DNA from: a virus
IMG/VR virus record: IMGVR_UViG_3300009514_000004
Location: 78,387-138,380 of that record
DNA: 59,994 nt
Direction: 5' to 3' (one strand)
In this document: positions 37,827-47,757 of the stretch, piece by piece
Layout of the letters: every line of letters begins with the position of its first letter
Numbering within the stretch: the first letter of the stretch is position 1
Program-made: the position numbers and the translations under genes
Notes under the pieces: generated by a model
The model's database searches: none
Seen by the model: only the letters and a program-made list of their open reading frames with translations
What the model was told of the DNA's origin: nothing

Positions 37827-38570
37827 ATGAGCGACCACGACAACGACCTCCGAAAGGCCATTCAGAAGCTCGCGTGCGAGAACCCCGACGCACGGAAGCA
37901 TCTGGTGCCGATCTTGCGTCGTACGGCGCGTTACGACCTGTCTCGCACCAACTGGAGCGGAGAGGTCAAGGGATCCAAGGTCCGGATCCGGTGGAACCGC
38001 GACAGCCTCCTGATCGAGGAGCTGCCGGGCAAGCCCTTCAAACGCAAGCTCAAGCAGACGATCTTCCTCCTGGGCCGGGCCATGCCAGGCTACGACGTCC
38101 CCAGCGCGTTCATCATGGACAACCTCCTTCGGGACGCCAAGTTCTCCTCGAGCATGGACCACGGCAAGGCCGTCAAGGCTTTCGAGAAGGCGCTCCAGGA
38201 GGCCAAGAAGGTCTCCAAGGACATCATGCCCGACTGGATGGCCAAGGCCGTCGACAACCTCGCGGAGACCGACGACGTCTTCTACCTGGAGGTCGAGCCG
38301 GCCGACTCCGAGCCGATGACGGTCGAGGCCAAGGACTTCTCCGTCCACGCCGCCTGGGGCCGGTTCAAGGCCTACAGCCCCAGAGGCATCGACCCCCAAG
38401 AGGGCATGGGAGACTTCATCCAGTCGAAGTCTCCGAAGTCGGCGCGGAAGTTCTTCAAGATGGCCAAGGCCAAGCCGGACCTCCTCAAGAGGACCTCCTG
38501 GTCGGACTTCATGAAGTGGCTCGGCGACAACAAGATCGCCTACGACTACGTCGGGAGCGTCTGGCGCTAG
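37827..38570 (+). CDS. putative capsid-internal protein with shared leader (paralogue of 11499)
   Basis: MSDHDNDLRKAIQKLACENPDARKHLVPILRRTA leader; GGAG RBS. Confidence 0.75.
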   Translation: MSDHDNDLRKAIQKLACENPDARKHLVPILRRTARYDLSRTNWSGEVKGSKVRIRWNRDSLLIEELPGKPFKRKLKQTIFLLGRAMPGYDVPSAFIMDNLLRDAKFSSSMDHGKAVKAFEKALQEAKKVSKDIMPDWMAKAVDNLAETDDVFYLEVEPADSEPMTVEAKDFSVHAAWGRFKAYSPRGIDPQEGMGDFIQSKSPKSARKFFKMAKAKPDLLKRTSWSDFMKWLGDNKIAYDYVGSVWR

Positions 38571-38839
38571 ACCTTCTCGAAACTGTTGGCCCAGGCGAAC
38601 CACCCGATTGACCTGGGGCCGTCGAGGCCGGTGTGCTCACGCTTGAAACAGGCGATCCTGGGACCCCCACCCCGAGGACCAGTCTTCAGCTTGAACGCGG
38701 TCCCGACCCAGCCCCGGCTGGTCTTGACCCGTCCGACATTCTCAGCTGCCCAGGCGTTCACAACGGCGGCCTTGATGGCCTCGGACACGGTGAAGTCGCC
38801 GCTTTCCACGCGACGTTTGATGACCGACAGTACGCTCAT
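38567..38839 (-). CDS. small hypothetical protein
   Basis: GGGAG RBS, ATGA overlap with upstream gene; start reassigned to MSVLSV. Confidence 0.55.
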   Translation of the reverse strand: MSVLSVIKRRVESGDFTVSEAIKAAVVNAWAAENVGRVKTSRGWVGTAFKLKTGPRGGGPRIACFKREHTGLDGPRSIGWFAWANSFEKV

Positions 38840-39177
38840 GTGGACCACTCCCGGATTTCCGTCTTGGTGAGATCCGACCGGCGCGCGAAGAACTCGCGGT
38901 TTTTTGGGTCCTGAGCCGCCCACTTCTTGCCCACCCCGACCGCGAAGGCTTTGGTGAACTCGCCGCTCAGGATGAGCTTGCGGCCATCGAGGCCGGTGGC
39001 TGACCGGACGTTCCAACCACTCGAGCATTTGACCAGCTCCGCGGATTCGCGACCCGCGCAGAACTGGTCTTTCTGGATGTCGGTGAGCGCGTCGCCGGCG
39101 TTGGCTCGCCTGAGCATTTCCTTGTCCCACCTGGAGGGATCACCCCCGAGGAGGACGAAGCCTTCTTTGTTGAGCAT
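38836..39177 (-). CDS. small hypothetical protein
   Basis: GGGAG RBS, operon packing. Confidence 0.6.
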   Translation of the reverse strand: MLNKEGFVLLGGDPSRWDKEMLRRANAGDALTDIQKDQFCAGRESAELVKCSSGWNVRSATGLDGRKLILSGEFTKAFAVGVGKKWAAQDPKNREFFARRSDLTKTEIREWST

Positions 39178-39188
39178 CTGTGGTCTCC

Positions 39189-39395
39189 CTACTGGAAGAT
39201 GCTGAGGTCTTCGGCGGCGCCGCGGGCCTCTCGATAGTTGCGGTCGTAGCGATCACCCTCGACGGGCTCGCCGGTGACCTGCTCCTGGATGAAGTCCAGG
39301 AGGCCGCGGAGGGCCCACGCCTCGTCGATCTCGCCGTTGTCGGCTTTGCGGCTGAGGGCTTTGTCGATGGTGTCGAACGCTTGCTCGAGGGTCAT
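39189..39395 (-). CDS. small hypothetical protein
   Basis: GGAG RBS before MTLEQAF. Confidence 0.6.
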   Translation of the reverse strand: MTLEQAFDTIDKALSRKADNGEIDEAWALRGLLDFIQEQVTGEPVEGDRYDRNYREARGAAEDLSIFQ

Positions 39396-39397
39396 GA

Positions 39398-39571
39398 TCA
39401 GCTCCGGTTGTAGTCGAGGCGGGCGGCGCGGCAAGCCTTCTTGCCGCGATGGCGGCACTTGGTCTCGATGGCTTTCTCTTGGCGGTTCGGGGAGCGTCGG
39501 GATGCGTGACCGTGACGTACGACCCACGTCTTGTCCGAGCTATGTCCTTGTGACTTGCGACCGACCTGCAT
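39398..39571 (-). CDS. small basic hypothetical protein
   Basis: AGGAGG RBS before MQVGRK, first gene after promoter motif. Confidence 0.55.
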   Translation of the reverse strand: MQVGRKSQGHSSDKTWVVRHGHASRRSPNRQEKAIETKCRHRGKKACRAARLDYNRS

Positions 39572-39590
39572 ATACGCCTCCTGGTTCGCT

Positions 39591-39622
39591 CTCTCTACGA
39601 GGAACGGCGGGATTCTAAGCAA
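39591..39622 (-). promoter_or_regulatory. putative early promoter TTGCTTAG-N14-TCGTAGAGAG
   Basis: Second copy of the 37742 motif. Confidence 0.65.
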
Positions 39623-39631
39623 TGCTCTTTC

Positions 39632-39660
39632 GGTTTCGAGTCTATGTCCTCCCCCTGTAG
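39632..39660 (+). promoter_or_regulatory. putative late promoter
   Basis: GGT-ttcgagt-CTAT-N12-TAG. Confidence 0.55.
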
Positions 39661-39672
39661 TAGGAGGTCAAG

Positions 39673-42600
39673 GTGGCCAAAGACCGAGAAGTGACGCTAG
39701 AAAACGGGGTTCCGACTTACCGGACCACGTCGGACAACATCGAAGACTTCAACAACGCCTCCGGTCAGGTGGCGGTCAACGATGCTGTCTACCTGTCCTC
39801 CGACGACACGGTGTCCAAGGCGATCAACACGGACACCACCCAGGAGGTCATCGGACTCGTTTTCGAGACGCCGACGGCGACGACGTGCCGGGTGCTCACC
39901 TGGGGCATCATCTTCGATTTCGACACGGGGATGACCGTCAACGACCGCTACTACCTCGGCGGCACGGCGGGTGAGCTGACTACGACGAAACCGACCGGCG
40001 GCGGAACCTTCGCACAGGTTGTCGGCATCGCCGTCAACGGGACCGATCTCCTGGTTGTCCCTCAGGTGGGCATCACCGAGATCGACACCAGTGTCACCCT
40101 CGACGACGCCTACGACAACGGCCACACCGTCGCCGTCGACGACGGCGCGATGCTCCTGAACCTGACCTACGACGCCTCCCCGAGCGCCGGTGAGGGGTTC
40201 ACCGGCATCGAAATCAACGTCGGTACGGCGGCCGGCGACCTGTCCAACAAGTCGACGGGGTTCGAGTACACCCTCGGCGCCGGAGCCTACACTGCCGAGC
40301 AGCGCGGCATCTTGGTTGATTTCAGCACCGCGACGTCGCTGACCGACGCCGGTGGGAATCCCTCATACGGCATCGAGCTTCTGGGTGAGTCCCAGACGTC
40401 TGGAGATTCTGTAGGTCTCTATGTCGACGCGGGTTGGGACTACGGGATCCGCCTGGTAGAGGACCAGTACATCCAGTTCGGCAGCGACGCGACGGATTTC
40501 GGGACTATCCGGTGGATTGACGCCGCGGGCTGCGTTGCGTTCGAGCTAGACGACAACGCCAATGACGCGTTCCATTTCATCGGCCCCATCGGGATGCTCG
40601 GGGATACGTCGGGGACACCTTACGGGCTGACGACGTCGGGCTCGGACACGGGGTTCTCCATGTCGGTCATGGCCGACCAGGATGCCTCGAGCATCGCCCT
40701 GGCTGGTATCGTCGTCGACTGGCGTGGCGACAACGCCAGCAACGTCCCTGCGACCGGCTCGAACGGGCCTTCCTACGAGGCCTTGAAGATTCGGGTGTAC
40801 GCGGACGCCGGCGACACGGATGCGACGGCCAACTACTTCGGCGCCCGTATCATCTGCGAGGACGACAGTGGGTCAGCGGTCAAGACAGGCCTGCGGGTCG
40901 AGTCTGGCGGTGGCGGCGACGCCTGGGACCGTGGGATCGAAATCGACCAGGACTTCGCTGGGGGAACAGCGTTCGCTCTCTCGATGGGCGACGACAACGA
41001 CCTGAAGTTCTACCACGACGGGACCGACTCGAAGATCGACAACGGCACCGGCGATCTGGTCCTCGACAACCAGGCCACAGGGTTCATCCACCTTCAGTCG
41101 GGCAACGACACCACCACGACCGGAACGAAGATCCTCAACAACTCGGGGACTGAGCTGGCGTTCTTCCGTTCCGACGCCAACCACATCTACAACTCGAGCG
41201 GGCGCTTCAACGACGACTTCTACTTGTACTTCGGCACCGACACCGACTGGCAGTTCCAGTACGCCGACACCGGCAACGCGTTCACGATCGCCAACCCCAA
41301 CACCCCGGCCAACAACGTGGTCGGCAGCCCCTTTACTGTGACCGGACAGGTCGGCGCGGCAGGCGGGAGCGGCAACGCAGGGACCGTGGGGACCACGTTC
41401 TCCTGGACGGCGGGTACGGGTGGTGCTGCTTCAACAGCTGGTGGTGAGACCGCTGGTGTCGGTGGCGACTACTTCAGCTTCGGCGGGACCGGAGGCGCGG
41501 CGTCGACCGCGTTCGCCGGCGCCACGGGCGGTGAGGCCCAGTTCGCCGGCGGCTCTGGTGGTGCTGGTTCCGCGGCGCAGGCGGCTGGCAGTGGTGGTCG
41601 GTTCAAGGCCTACGGTGGAGCTGCGGGCGCTGACGGCGGCGGTGGTGGTGGCACTGGCGGTGCGGTCGAGATCGACGGCGGCACAGGAGTCACCGGCGGT
41701 ACGGTCCAAATCAACGGCGGTCTCGGTGGGACTACCGACGGCGATGTCCAGATCGGTCAGAGCAACACCAACGACATCACCTTGGGCGCCAGCAACGCGA
41801 CCATCACACAGACAGGTACGGGTCAGGTTACGTTCGCCGGCAACGTGGATGCGGACGCTGGGCTCGACGTCGAGGGCAACTTCACCCACGCGACCAGTGG
41901 GACGGGTGATATCGACCGCGCCTGGGATTTCTCTGGGGGTCTGACGAATTCTGCTGGAGAGCTGCTCGTTTCCGGCGGCAACGTCCAGCTGGACGACGAC
42001 ATCCTCTTGAGCTTCGGTACGAGCGACGACGTCACCATGGAGTGGAACGGCAGTGCCTTGGAGGTACTGCCAGCGGTGGATGACTCGTCTTGGCGGTGGG
42101 GTAACGGGACCAACTCGTTCGTCATGTTCTGGTTCGGCAATAGCGCCTCGGACACCATGACGTGGGACGCAGCTACTAACAGCCTCACCCTGAGCGACAA
42201 CGTCGACCTCCACATCGGCAACAGCCAAGACCTCACGCTCGTCCACAACACGACCAATTCCGTGGTCACGTCGACGACGGGCGACCTGATCATCGACAAC
42301 ACCAACACCTCTGGGCAGACCATCGCGCGTCTGGGCACAGATACGAACGCGACGGATTTCGAGGTCCAGAACAACTCAGGCATTGCGCTGATGACGGTCG
42401 ACGGCGCTGGGGCCGTGACCATCCCTGGGGACCTGACGGTCAACGGGACGATGACGACGGTCAGCTCCGAGTCCCTGAACATCACCAACAGCCACATCAC
42501 CCTCAACTCCGACTACAACACGGCTTCGGACATCGACGGTTGCTTGGTTGTCATCGTCGCGGGTGAGGGAACCACGGACACCGTAGCGGCGACCGGTTTC

Positions 42601-45600
42601 GAGTCTCAGGCGACCACTGGTGGCGACGCGAAAATCCACACCACAGGAGCCGCTACGTTCTCGGCCGGCGACCTGCTTCAAGTCGCTGGCGCGAACACGG
42701 ATGCCAACGACGGCATCTATGAGGTCTCGGCGCACGCGTCCAACGAGCTGACGGTCAAGGCTTCCCCCCACGTGTCCGCTGGGTTCGTGTCCACGGATTT
42801 CACCGACGACACCGACACCTCGGGAACCCTTTCCAAGATCGTCGTCAACATCCTCAAGTCCAACACCGACGGCACCTGGGAGATCTCAGGCGAGGTCGAT
42901 GCCACTCCGATTACCTACTCGACCCTGGCGACGGCGACCGGCGCGCTGACCCTCGACGACGCCTACACGAACGGCCGGACCATCACCCAGGACCTCGGTC
43001 CCATCGTCATCAACGGCGACGCCACGACCACAGGCGGGGCCCTGGACATCAACCCCGATGTCCTGGCGGAGACGAGCTACCAGGTCGACGTCAGTTGGGC
43101 GGCGGGCAACTACACAGGGACCTTGGGCGGGCTCAATGTCGATTACAGCACCGCTACGAGCCTCTCCAATGCTTCCGACATCGTTGGAGTCCGCCTCGAC
43201 GGCATCACCAACGGCGGCGGAGGGGAATCTGTCGGGCTCGACATCTTGGGTACCTGGGACATCGGCATCCGGGTCGCAGATGGGATCCCGGTCAACCTGG
43301 GGTCGGGGACCTGGGTAGCGACTCCCGCGTCCACCGGCATCACCTGGGCAGGTTCCGCGGGCTCGAGTGCAACTGGCACCATCTGGTCAGCTACCGCCGG
43401 CGCCGGCGACACCGGGTTCAACGGCGGCTCTTTCTCTTGGACTGCGGGTGCAGGCGGGGTCGCTGACGTTTCCAATGAGGGCGGAGAGGGTGGTCAGCTC
43501 TCGCTGACTTCCGGGGATGGTGGAGATGCCACCACCAGCAACAATGCCGGACCAGGCGGAGCGGTAGGGCTCACTGGGGGTGCCGGAGGGACGGGAGCAT
43601 CTGGTGTCGCCGCCGGCGACGGCGGGAGCATCCTGTTCACCGCGGGCGATGGTGGCGCGGCCAACGGTGGCACCGCAGGTGCGGGTGGCGGCATTCGGAT
43701 GGATGCTGGCGATGGCCTCACGGCCGGCAACATCAACTTGGGTATCAACAAGGCCGCGACCATCAACCTCGGCAACACAGCCGATGCGACCAACGTCGAC
43801 CTACCTGACGACGTCACCCTCCGGTTCGGTGACGGCGCCGACGCGCAGCTCAAGTGGGATGGTGCTCAGCTTGAAGTCGTGCCCGCGACCGACCACGCGG
43901 ACTGGGCATGGGGGTCCAGTGGCGGCAGCGCATCCTGGAGCATCATCTGGTACGGCACGAGCGCGTCGAACTATTTCTTCTGGGACTCGACCGGCGACCG
44001 GCTCCAGTTCGACAACGCCTCGATCGCTATCGACGATGATCAGACGGTCGGGTTCGGCAACATCACCAACCCGGATGTCGCCATCGAGTGGGACACCTCA
44101 GGTGGCGGCGGCAACGAAATCTGGTTGTTCGACCGGCTGGGGGCCGGCAACTCGACCACGGTCTTCCGCATGGGGGCCGACACCACCGGTCAGAGCTTCA
44201 TTGTCCAGAACGGGTCGGCCGCTGACATCATGCGGATCTACGGCGACTCCTCGGCGGATTTCACCGTGGCCGACAACCTGGCCACCGCTTTCCGGATCTG
44301 GGACGGGACCGACGAATACCTCAAGGTCACCACGACCAACGACTCCGAGGTGATCGCGCTGGGTAACACCAGCACGAACCCCGACCTGACGCAGCTGGGC
44401 ACCGGCCAGGTGACCTTCGCGGGCAATGTCGACGCCAATGCTGGGGTCGACCTACCTGACGACATCGAGCTGGTCTTCGGTTCCGACAGCGACATCACCA
44501 TCGACTACAACTCGACCTTGAACGCTTTCTTGGTCTCCGGGGCCAATGCGACCGGTCAGTCCGGCGGTGTCGGGATCGCAGGTGCCCGGTTCGATTTCTT
44601 CGGCGGCAATGGCGCTGATGCGGTAGCCAACACCAATACAGGTGGTGCGGGTGCGAACTTCCGTGCCTTCCCCGGAGACGGTGGAAGCGCAGCTGAAGGT
44701 ACCTCCGGCCAGGAACGAGACGCCGGGGACGGCGGCATCTTCACTTTCACCGCCGGAGTCGGGGGCTCTGGCTCAGGGGCGACTGACGCAGCCAACGCGG
44801 CTGGTGACGGCGGTGGCGGCGGAACCATCAACATCACCGGTGGCAAAGGCGGGACGGCTTCGGAGGCGTCGGGGTCGGGCACTGACCACGGCGCTGCTGG
44901 TGGGGGCGGCAACGTTTCTATCTTGGCCGGGCAAGGCGGCAACGGTACCGCTTCCGAGGTTAGTGGGGACGGAGGCACCCTTACCCTTCGCGGTGGTGCT
45001 GCGGGAACGGATAACGGCGGAGGTGCCGGAACGGCGGGAACCGTAAGCATCGGCGACTCCAACACCGCGACCCTCAACCTGGGGAACTCGACCGATCAGA
45101 CCAACATCGACATCCCAGACAACGTCACCATGCGGTTCGGCACCGGCAACGATGCACAGTTGCGTTGGGACGGCACGGACATGGACGTTCTCGCAGCTGC
45201 CGACGACCAGGTCTGGAAATGGGGCGACGGCACCAACTCGTGGGACATGTGGTGGTACGGGAACACGGCGTCGAACACCGTGGTCCTCGACGCATCTGCG
45301 GACACCTGGACGTTCGACGCTGTCGATCTCCACATCGGCGACGACGACAACCTCGTCTTCGGTGACGGAGCCGACGTTGCCATGTACTGGGACGGCCAGA
45401 TGCGGTTCATCCCTGCTGTGGACGGCACCAACCTGTGGTGGGGTAACGGGACCGAATCTTTCGACATTTTCTGGTTGGGGTCGTCGGGCGGCAACTCGAT
45501 GGCCTTCAACTCGGCCGCCGACCAGTTCTCGTTGGCCGCCATCGATTTCTTCGTTGACGGTGGTGACGCCGATTTCAACATGGTCGACAACACCAACTCG

Positions 45601-47028
45601 GCGTTCCAGGTCAGGGAGGACACCAACGCTTACATCGACATCGACACGACCGACTCGAGTGAGCTGATCACCATCGGTAACTCGACCACGAATCCTGACA
45701 CCACGTTCGCCGGGACCGGGACCGTCACGTGGGAGGGCAACCCGAACACCAACACGGTCGAGTGGCGGAGCGCCTCCAATTTCATGCTGTTCAACGGAGC
45801 CGATCTCCAGTTTGGGGATGATGACGAGCTTCGGTTCGGTGACAACAGTGAAATTCAGATCCAGTACACCACATCGGACACTTTTCTGATTCAGCCGGTC
45901 AACGACAACACCCTGCTGTACTTGGGTGGGACTGGTGGGTCGGCCAGTTTCGACGTCATTTGGACAGGGTCGACCAGCGGAAACGACATCCGCATGAATT
46001 CGAACACCGATGTGATGACCCTGGACGGCATCGACCTCACCGTGACGGGGGCTTTGAACACCACGGGGACGGTCGACATCGACCTCACCGACAACACGGC
46101 CCAGGCGTTGCTCATTGCGGAAGGTATTCGGGCCTACATCGACGTCGGGACGACCGATGCCGGAGAGTCCGTCACCTTCGGCAACGCCACCACCAACCCC
46201 GTCTACAGTTTCGTAGGGAGCGGGACGACGACGTTTGGGGGTGACGTCGAGTTCCAGGCCGACATCACCATCGACGACAACACAGCCAGCGTGTTCACGA
46301 TCATCGAGGGGTCGAACAACTACCTCAACATCACCACGACCAACAGCAACGAGATTATCCAGTTCGGCAACGCCACCACCAACCCCGATTTTTCGTTCTT
46401 GGGGACAGGCACCGCCGACTTCCAGGGGCCGTTGACCATTGACGGGACCATCCGGCTCACCAACGAATCGGATCCCACCAACGTGTCGGGCAATGGGTTC
46501 GTCTACGTCAAGGACGTCGCGACGATCTCCGAGCTGTACTACCTGGACGACACGGGGACGGCCACCCAAATCACGACCAACGGCGCCGTCACCCTCACGG
46601 AGTACATCAGCGTCCGTCGGACAGCGGTGGCGACAACCAGCCCGGACACCGAGTTCAACCCGCTGGGGACCACTACCCCCGGCGGGACGATGGCGACCGA
46701 CGCCGACAGCGGTGACATCACGTTCACCTCGACCACCGGCGTGTTCACCATCCCGTCAACAGGCGCCTACGAGTTCATCGTCACGCTGTATCTCACCCAG
46801 TCTGGCGGTGGCGTTTTGGACAGCTTCTTCCTGGAGAAGAACGGCACCACGACCATCTGGACAGGCAACGCCTTGATTCACCAGTCGGTCGACCCCAGCT
46901 GCCGGTCGTTTTCGGTCATCGTGGATTTGGCGGCCTCAGACACCGTGGAAGTGCGGGTCGACAGCAGTGGCTCCACGACCTTGACGGCTGAGCTAGGCTG
47001 CTCCTGCACGATCAAGAGGATCAGCTAA
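39673..47028 (+). CDS. giant Gly/Thr/Asp-rich fibre protein (head or tail fibre) with C-terminal C1q/TNF-like domain
   Basis: 2451 aa; N-terminal cement-like domain (VAVNDAVYL..IGLV..YYLG..GEL..TKP..QVVGIA), GG/AG-rich tracts, repeated FG...D...W modules, GVFTIP..GAYEF tip. Confidence 0.75.
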   Translation: MAKDREVTLENGVPTYRTTSDNIEDFNNASGQVAVNDAVYLSSDDTVSKAINTDTTQEVIGLVFETPTATTCRVLTWGIIFDFDTGMTVNDRYYLGGTAGELTTTKPTGGGTFAQVVGIAVNGTDLLVVPQVGITEIDTSVTLDDAYDNGHTVAVDDGAMLLNLTYDASPSAGEGFTGIEINVGTAAGDLSNKSTGFEYTLGAGAYTAEQRGILVDFSTATSLTDAGGNPSYGIELLGESQTSGDSVGLYVDAGWDYGIRLVEDQYIQFGSDATDFGTIRWIDAAGCVAFELDDNANDAFHFIGPIGMLGDTSGTPYGLTTSGSDTGFSMSVMADQDASSIALAGIVVDWRGDNASNVPATGSNGPSYEALKIRVYADAGDTDATANYFGARIICEDDSGSAVKTGLRVESGGGGDAWDRGIEIDQDFAGGTAFALSMGDDNDLKFYHDGTDSKIDNGTGDLVLDNQATGFIHLQSGNDTTTTGTKILNNSGTELAFFRSDANHIYNSSGRFNDDFYLYFGTDTDWQFQYADTGNAFTIANPNTPANNVVGSPFTVTGQVGAAGGSGNAGTVGTTFSWTAGTGGAASTAGGETAGVGGDYFSFGGTGGAASTAFAGATGGEAQFAGGSGGAGSAAQAAGSGGRFKAYGGAAGADGGGGGGTGGAVEIDGGTGVTGGTVQINGGLGGTTDGDVQIGQSNTNDITLGASNATITQTGTGQVTFAGNVDADAGLDVEGNFTHATSGTGDIDRAWDFSGGLTNSAGELLVSGGNVQLDDDILLSFGTSDDVTMEWNGSALEVLPAVDDSSWRWGNGTNSFVMFWFGNSASDTMTWDAATNSLTLSDNVDLHIGNSQDLTLVHNTTNSVVTSTTGDLIIDNTNTSGQTIARLGTDTNATDFEVQNNSGIALMTVDGAGAVTIPGDLTVNGTMTTVSSESLNITNSHITLNSDYNTASDIDGCLVVIVAGEGTTDTVAATGFESQATTGGDAKIHTTGAATFSAGDLLQVAGANTDANDGIYEVSAHASNELTVKASPHVSAGFVSTDFTDDTDTSGTLSKIVVNILKSNTDGTWEISGEVDATPITYSTLATATGALTLDDAYTNGRTITQDLGPIVINGDATTTGGALDINPDVLAETSYQVDVSWAAGNYTGTLGGLNVDYSTATSLSNASDIVGVRLDGITNGGGGESVGLDILGTWDIGIRVADGIPVNLGSGTWVATPASTGITWAGSAGSSATGTIWSATAGAGDTGFNGGSFSWTAGAGGVADVSNEGGEGGQLSLTSGDGGDATTSNNAGPGGAVGLTGGAGGTGASGVAAGDGGSILFTAGDGGAANGGTAGAGGGIRMDAGDGLTAGNINLGINKAATINLGNTADATNVDLPDDVTLRFGDGADAQLKWDGAQLEVVPATDHADWAWGSSGGSASWSIIWYGTSASNYFFWDSTGDRLQFDNASIAIDDDQTVGFGNITNPDVAIEWDTSGGGGNEIWLFDRLGAGNSTTVFRMGADTTGQSFIVQNGSAADIMRIYGDSSADFTVADNLATAFRIWDGTDEYLKVTTTNDSEVIALGNTSTNPDLTQLGTGQVTFAGNVDANAGVDLPDDIELVFGSDSDITIDYNSTLNAFLVSGANATGQSGGVGIAGARFDFFGGNGADAVANTNTGGAGANFRAFPGDGGSAAEGTSGQERDAGDGGIFTFTAGVGGSGSGATDAANAAGDGGGGGTINITGGKGGTASEASGSGTDHGAAGGGGNVSILAGQGGNGTASEVSGDGGTLTLRGGAAGTDNGGGAGTAGTVSIGDSNTATLNLGNSTDQTNIDIPDNVTMRFGTGNDAQLRWDGTDMDVLAAADDQVWKWGDGTNSWDMWWYGNTASNTVVLDASADTWTFDAVDLHIGDDDNLVFGDGADVAMYWDGQMRFIPAVDGTNLWWGNGTESFDIFWLGSSGGNSMAFNSAADQFSLAAIDFFVDGGDADFNMVDNTNSAFQVREDTNAYIDIDTTDSSELITIGNSTTNPDTTFAGTGTVTWEGNPNTNTVEWRSASNFMLFNGADLQFGDDDELRFGDNSEIQIQYTTSDTFLIQPVNDNTLLYLGGTGGSASFDVIWTGSTSGNDIRMNSNTDVMTLDGIDLTVTGALNTTGTVDIDLTDNTAQALLIAEGIRAYIDVGTTDAGESVTFGNATTNPVYSFVGSGTTTFGGDVEFQADITIDDNTASVFTIIEGSNNYLNITTTNSNEIIQFGNATTNPDFSFLGTGTADFQGPLTIDGTIRLTNESDPTNVSGNGFVYVKDVATISELYYLDDTGTATQITTNGAVTLTEYISVRRTAVATTSPDTEFNPLGTTTPGGTMATDADSGDITFTSTTGVFTIPSTGAYEFIVTLYLTQSGGGVLDSFFLEKNGTTTIWTGNALIHQSVDPSCRSFSVIVDLAASDTVEVRVDSSGSTTLTAELGCSCTIKRIS

Positions 47029-47240
47029 CGGCAGGACCGGGGTGACGACAGGACAGCTACCTCGTCACTTTCCGGGTCGAAGCCCAACCTCACGACCCGG
47101 CTCAGTTCCCTCTGTTGCTGACGCCAGCGGAGGATCCTGTGCCTTCCCGGCCATACTCCGCACACTCCCCGCCCGATTTTGGGTCGCCCGGGGGTCTTCT
47201 TGCTGCACTTGCTGCACCCGCCTGACCTGCTTCTCGCCAT
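47025..47240 (-). CDS. small basic Cys-containing hypothetical protein
   Basis: GGAGG RBS before MARSRSGGCSKC. Confidence 0.45.
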   Translation of the reverse strand: MARSRSGGCSKCSKKTPGRPKIGRGVCGVWPGRHRILRWRQQQRELSRVVRLGFDPESDEVAVLSSPRSCR

Positions 47241-47453
47241 CTGGACCTCCACTGGGCGCGGGCGTTACCCGCGCGTTCGTGTAGATCCCCGGCCGGTGGG
47301 GAGGGTTCAGGAAGGTAATCCAGTACCAAGGGAAGGGCATGGATTCACGGTACGTCCAGCCCCTTCCGGAAGGAAGTCCTTTCTGTCCGTCCCAGAGGGA
47401 TCGGGCCCGGGGTAACGTAGGAGCGTTGCGAGGATGACTTCCTGGGATTGAGG

Positions 47454-47750
47454 ATGGAGATGGACAAGCACTCGCGCCGCGTACACTGCGAGGTGGACGT
47501 CAAAGAGGGAGTCCAGTACGGGGTCTACGCCAATGCGTTCCGCGTCCTGGACGAAGGAGACGGGGACGCGGTCCTCGACTTCTGCCTCTACTCGGCGACC
47601 GAGTCGAAAGCCGTTGTGGTTTCCCGGGTACGGGTGAAGAGAGACTTCCTGGGGTCAGTACGTGACCGTCTGAGCGAAAGCCTCGGGGAGATCACCGAGA
47701 CCCCGGCGACGGGTACAGTCCTATTCCTACATGACCGACAAATGAGCTGA
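47454..47750 (+). CDS. DUF3467-like small protein
   Basis: GVYANAFRV...VLDF...VVSRV pattern. Confidence 0.55.
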   Translation: MEMDKHSRRVHCEVDVKEGVQYGVYANAFRVLDEGDGDAVLDFCLYSATESKAVVVSRVRVKRDFLGSVRDRLSESLGEITETPATGTVLFLHDRQMS

Positions 47751-47757
47751 GGCGGGT

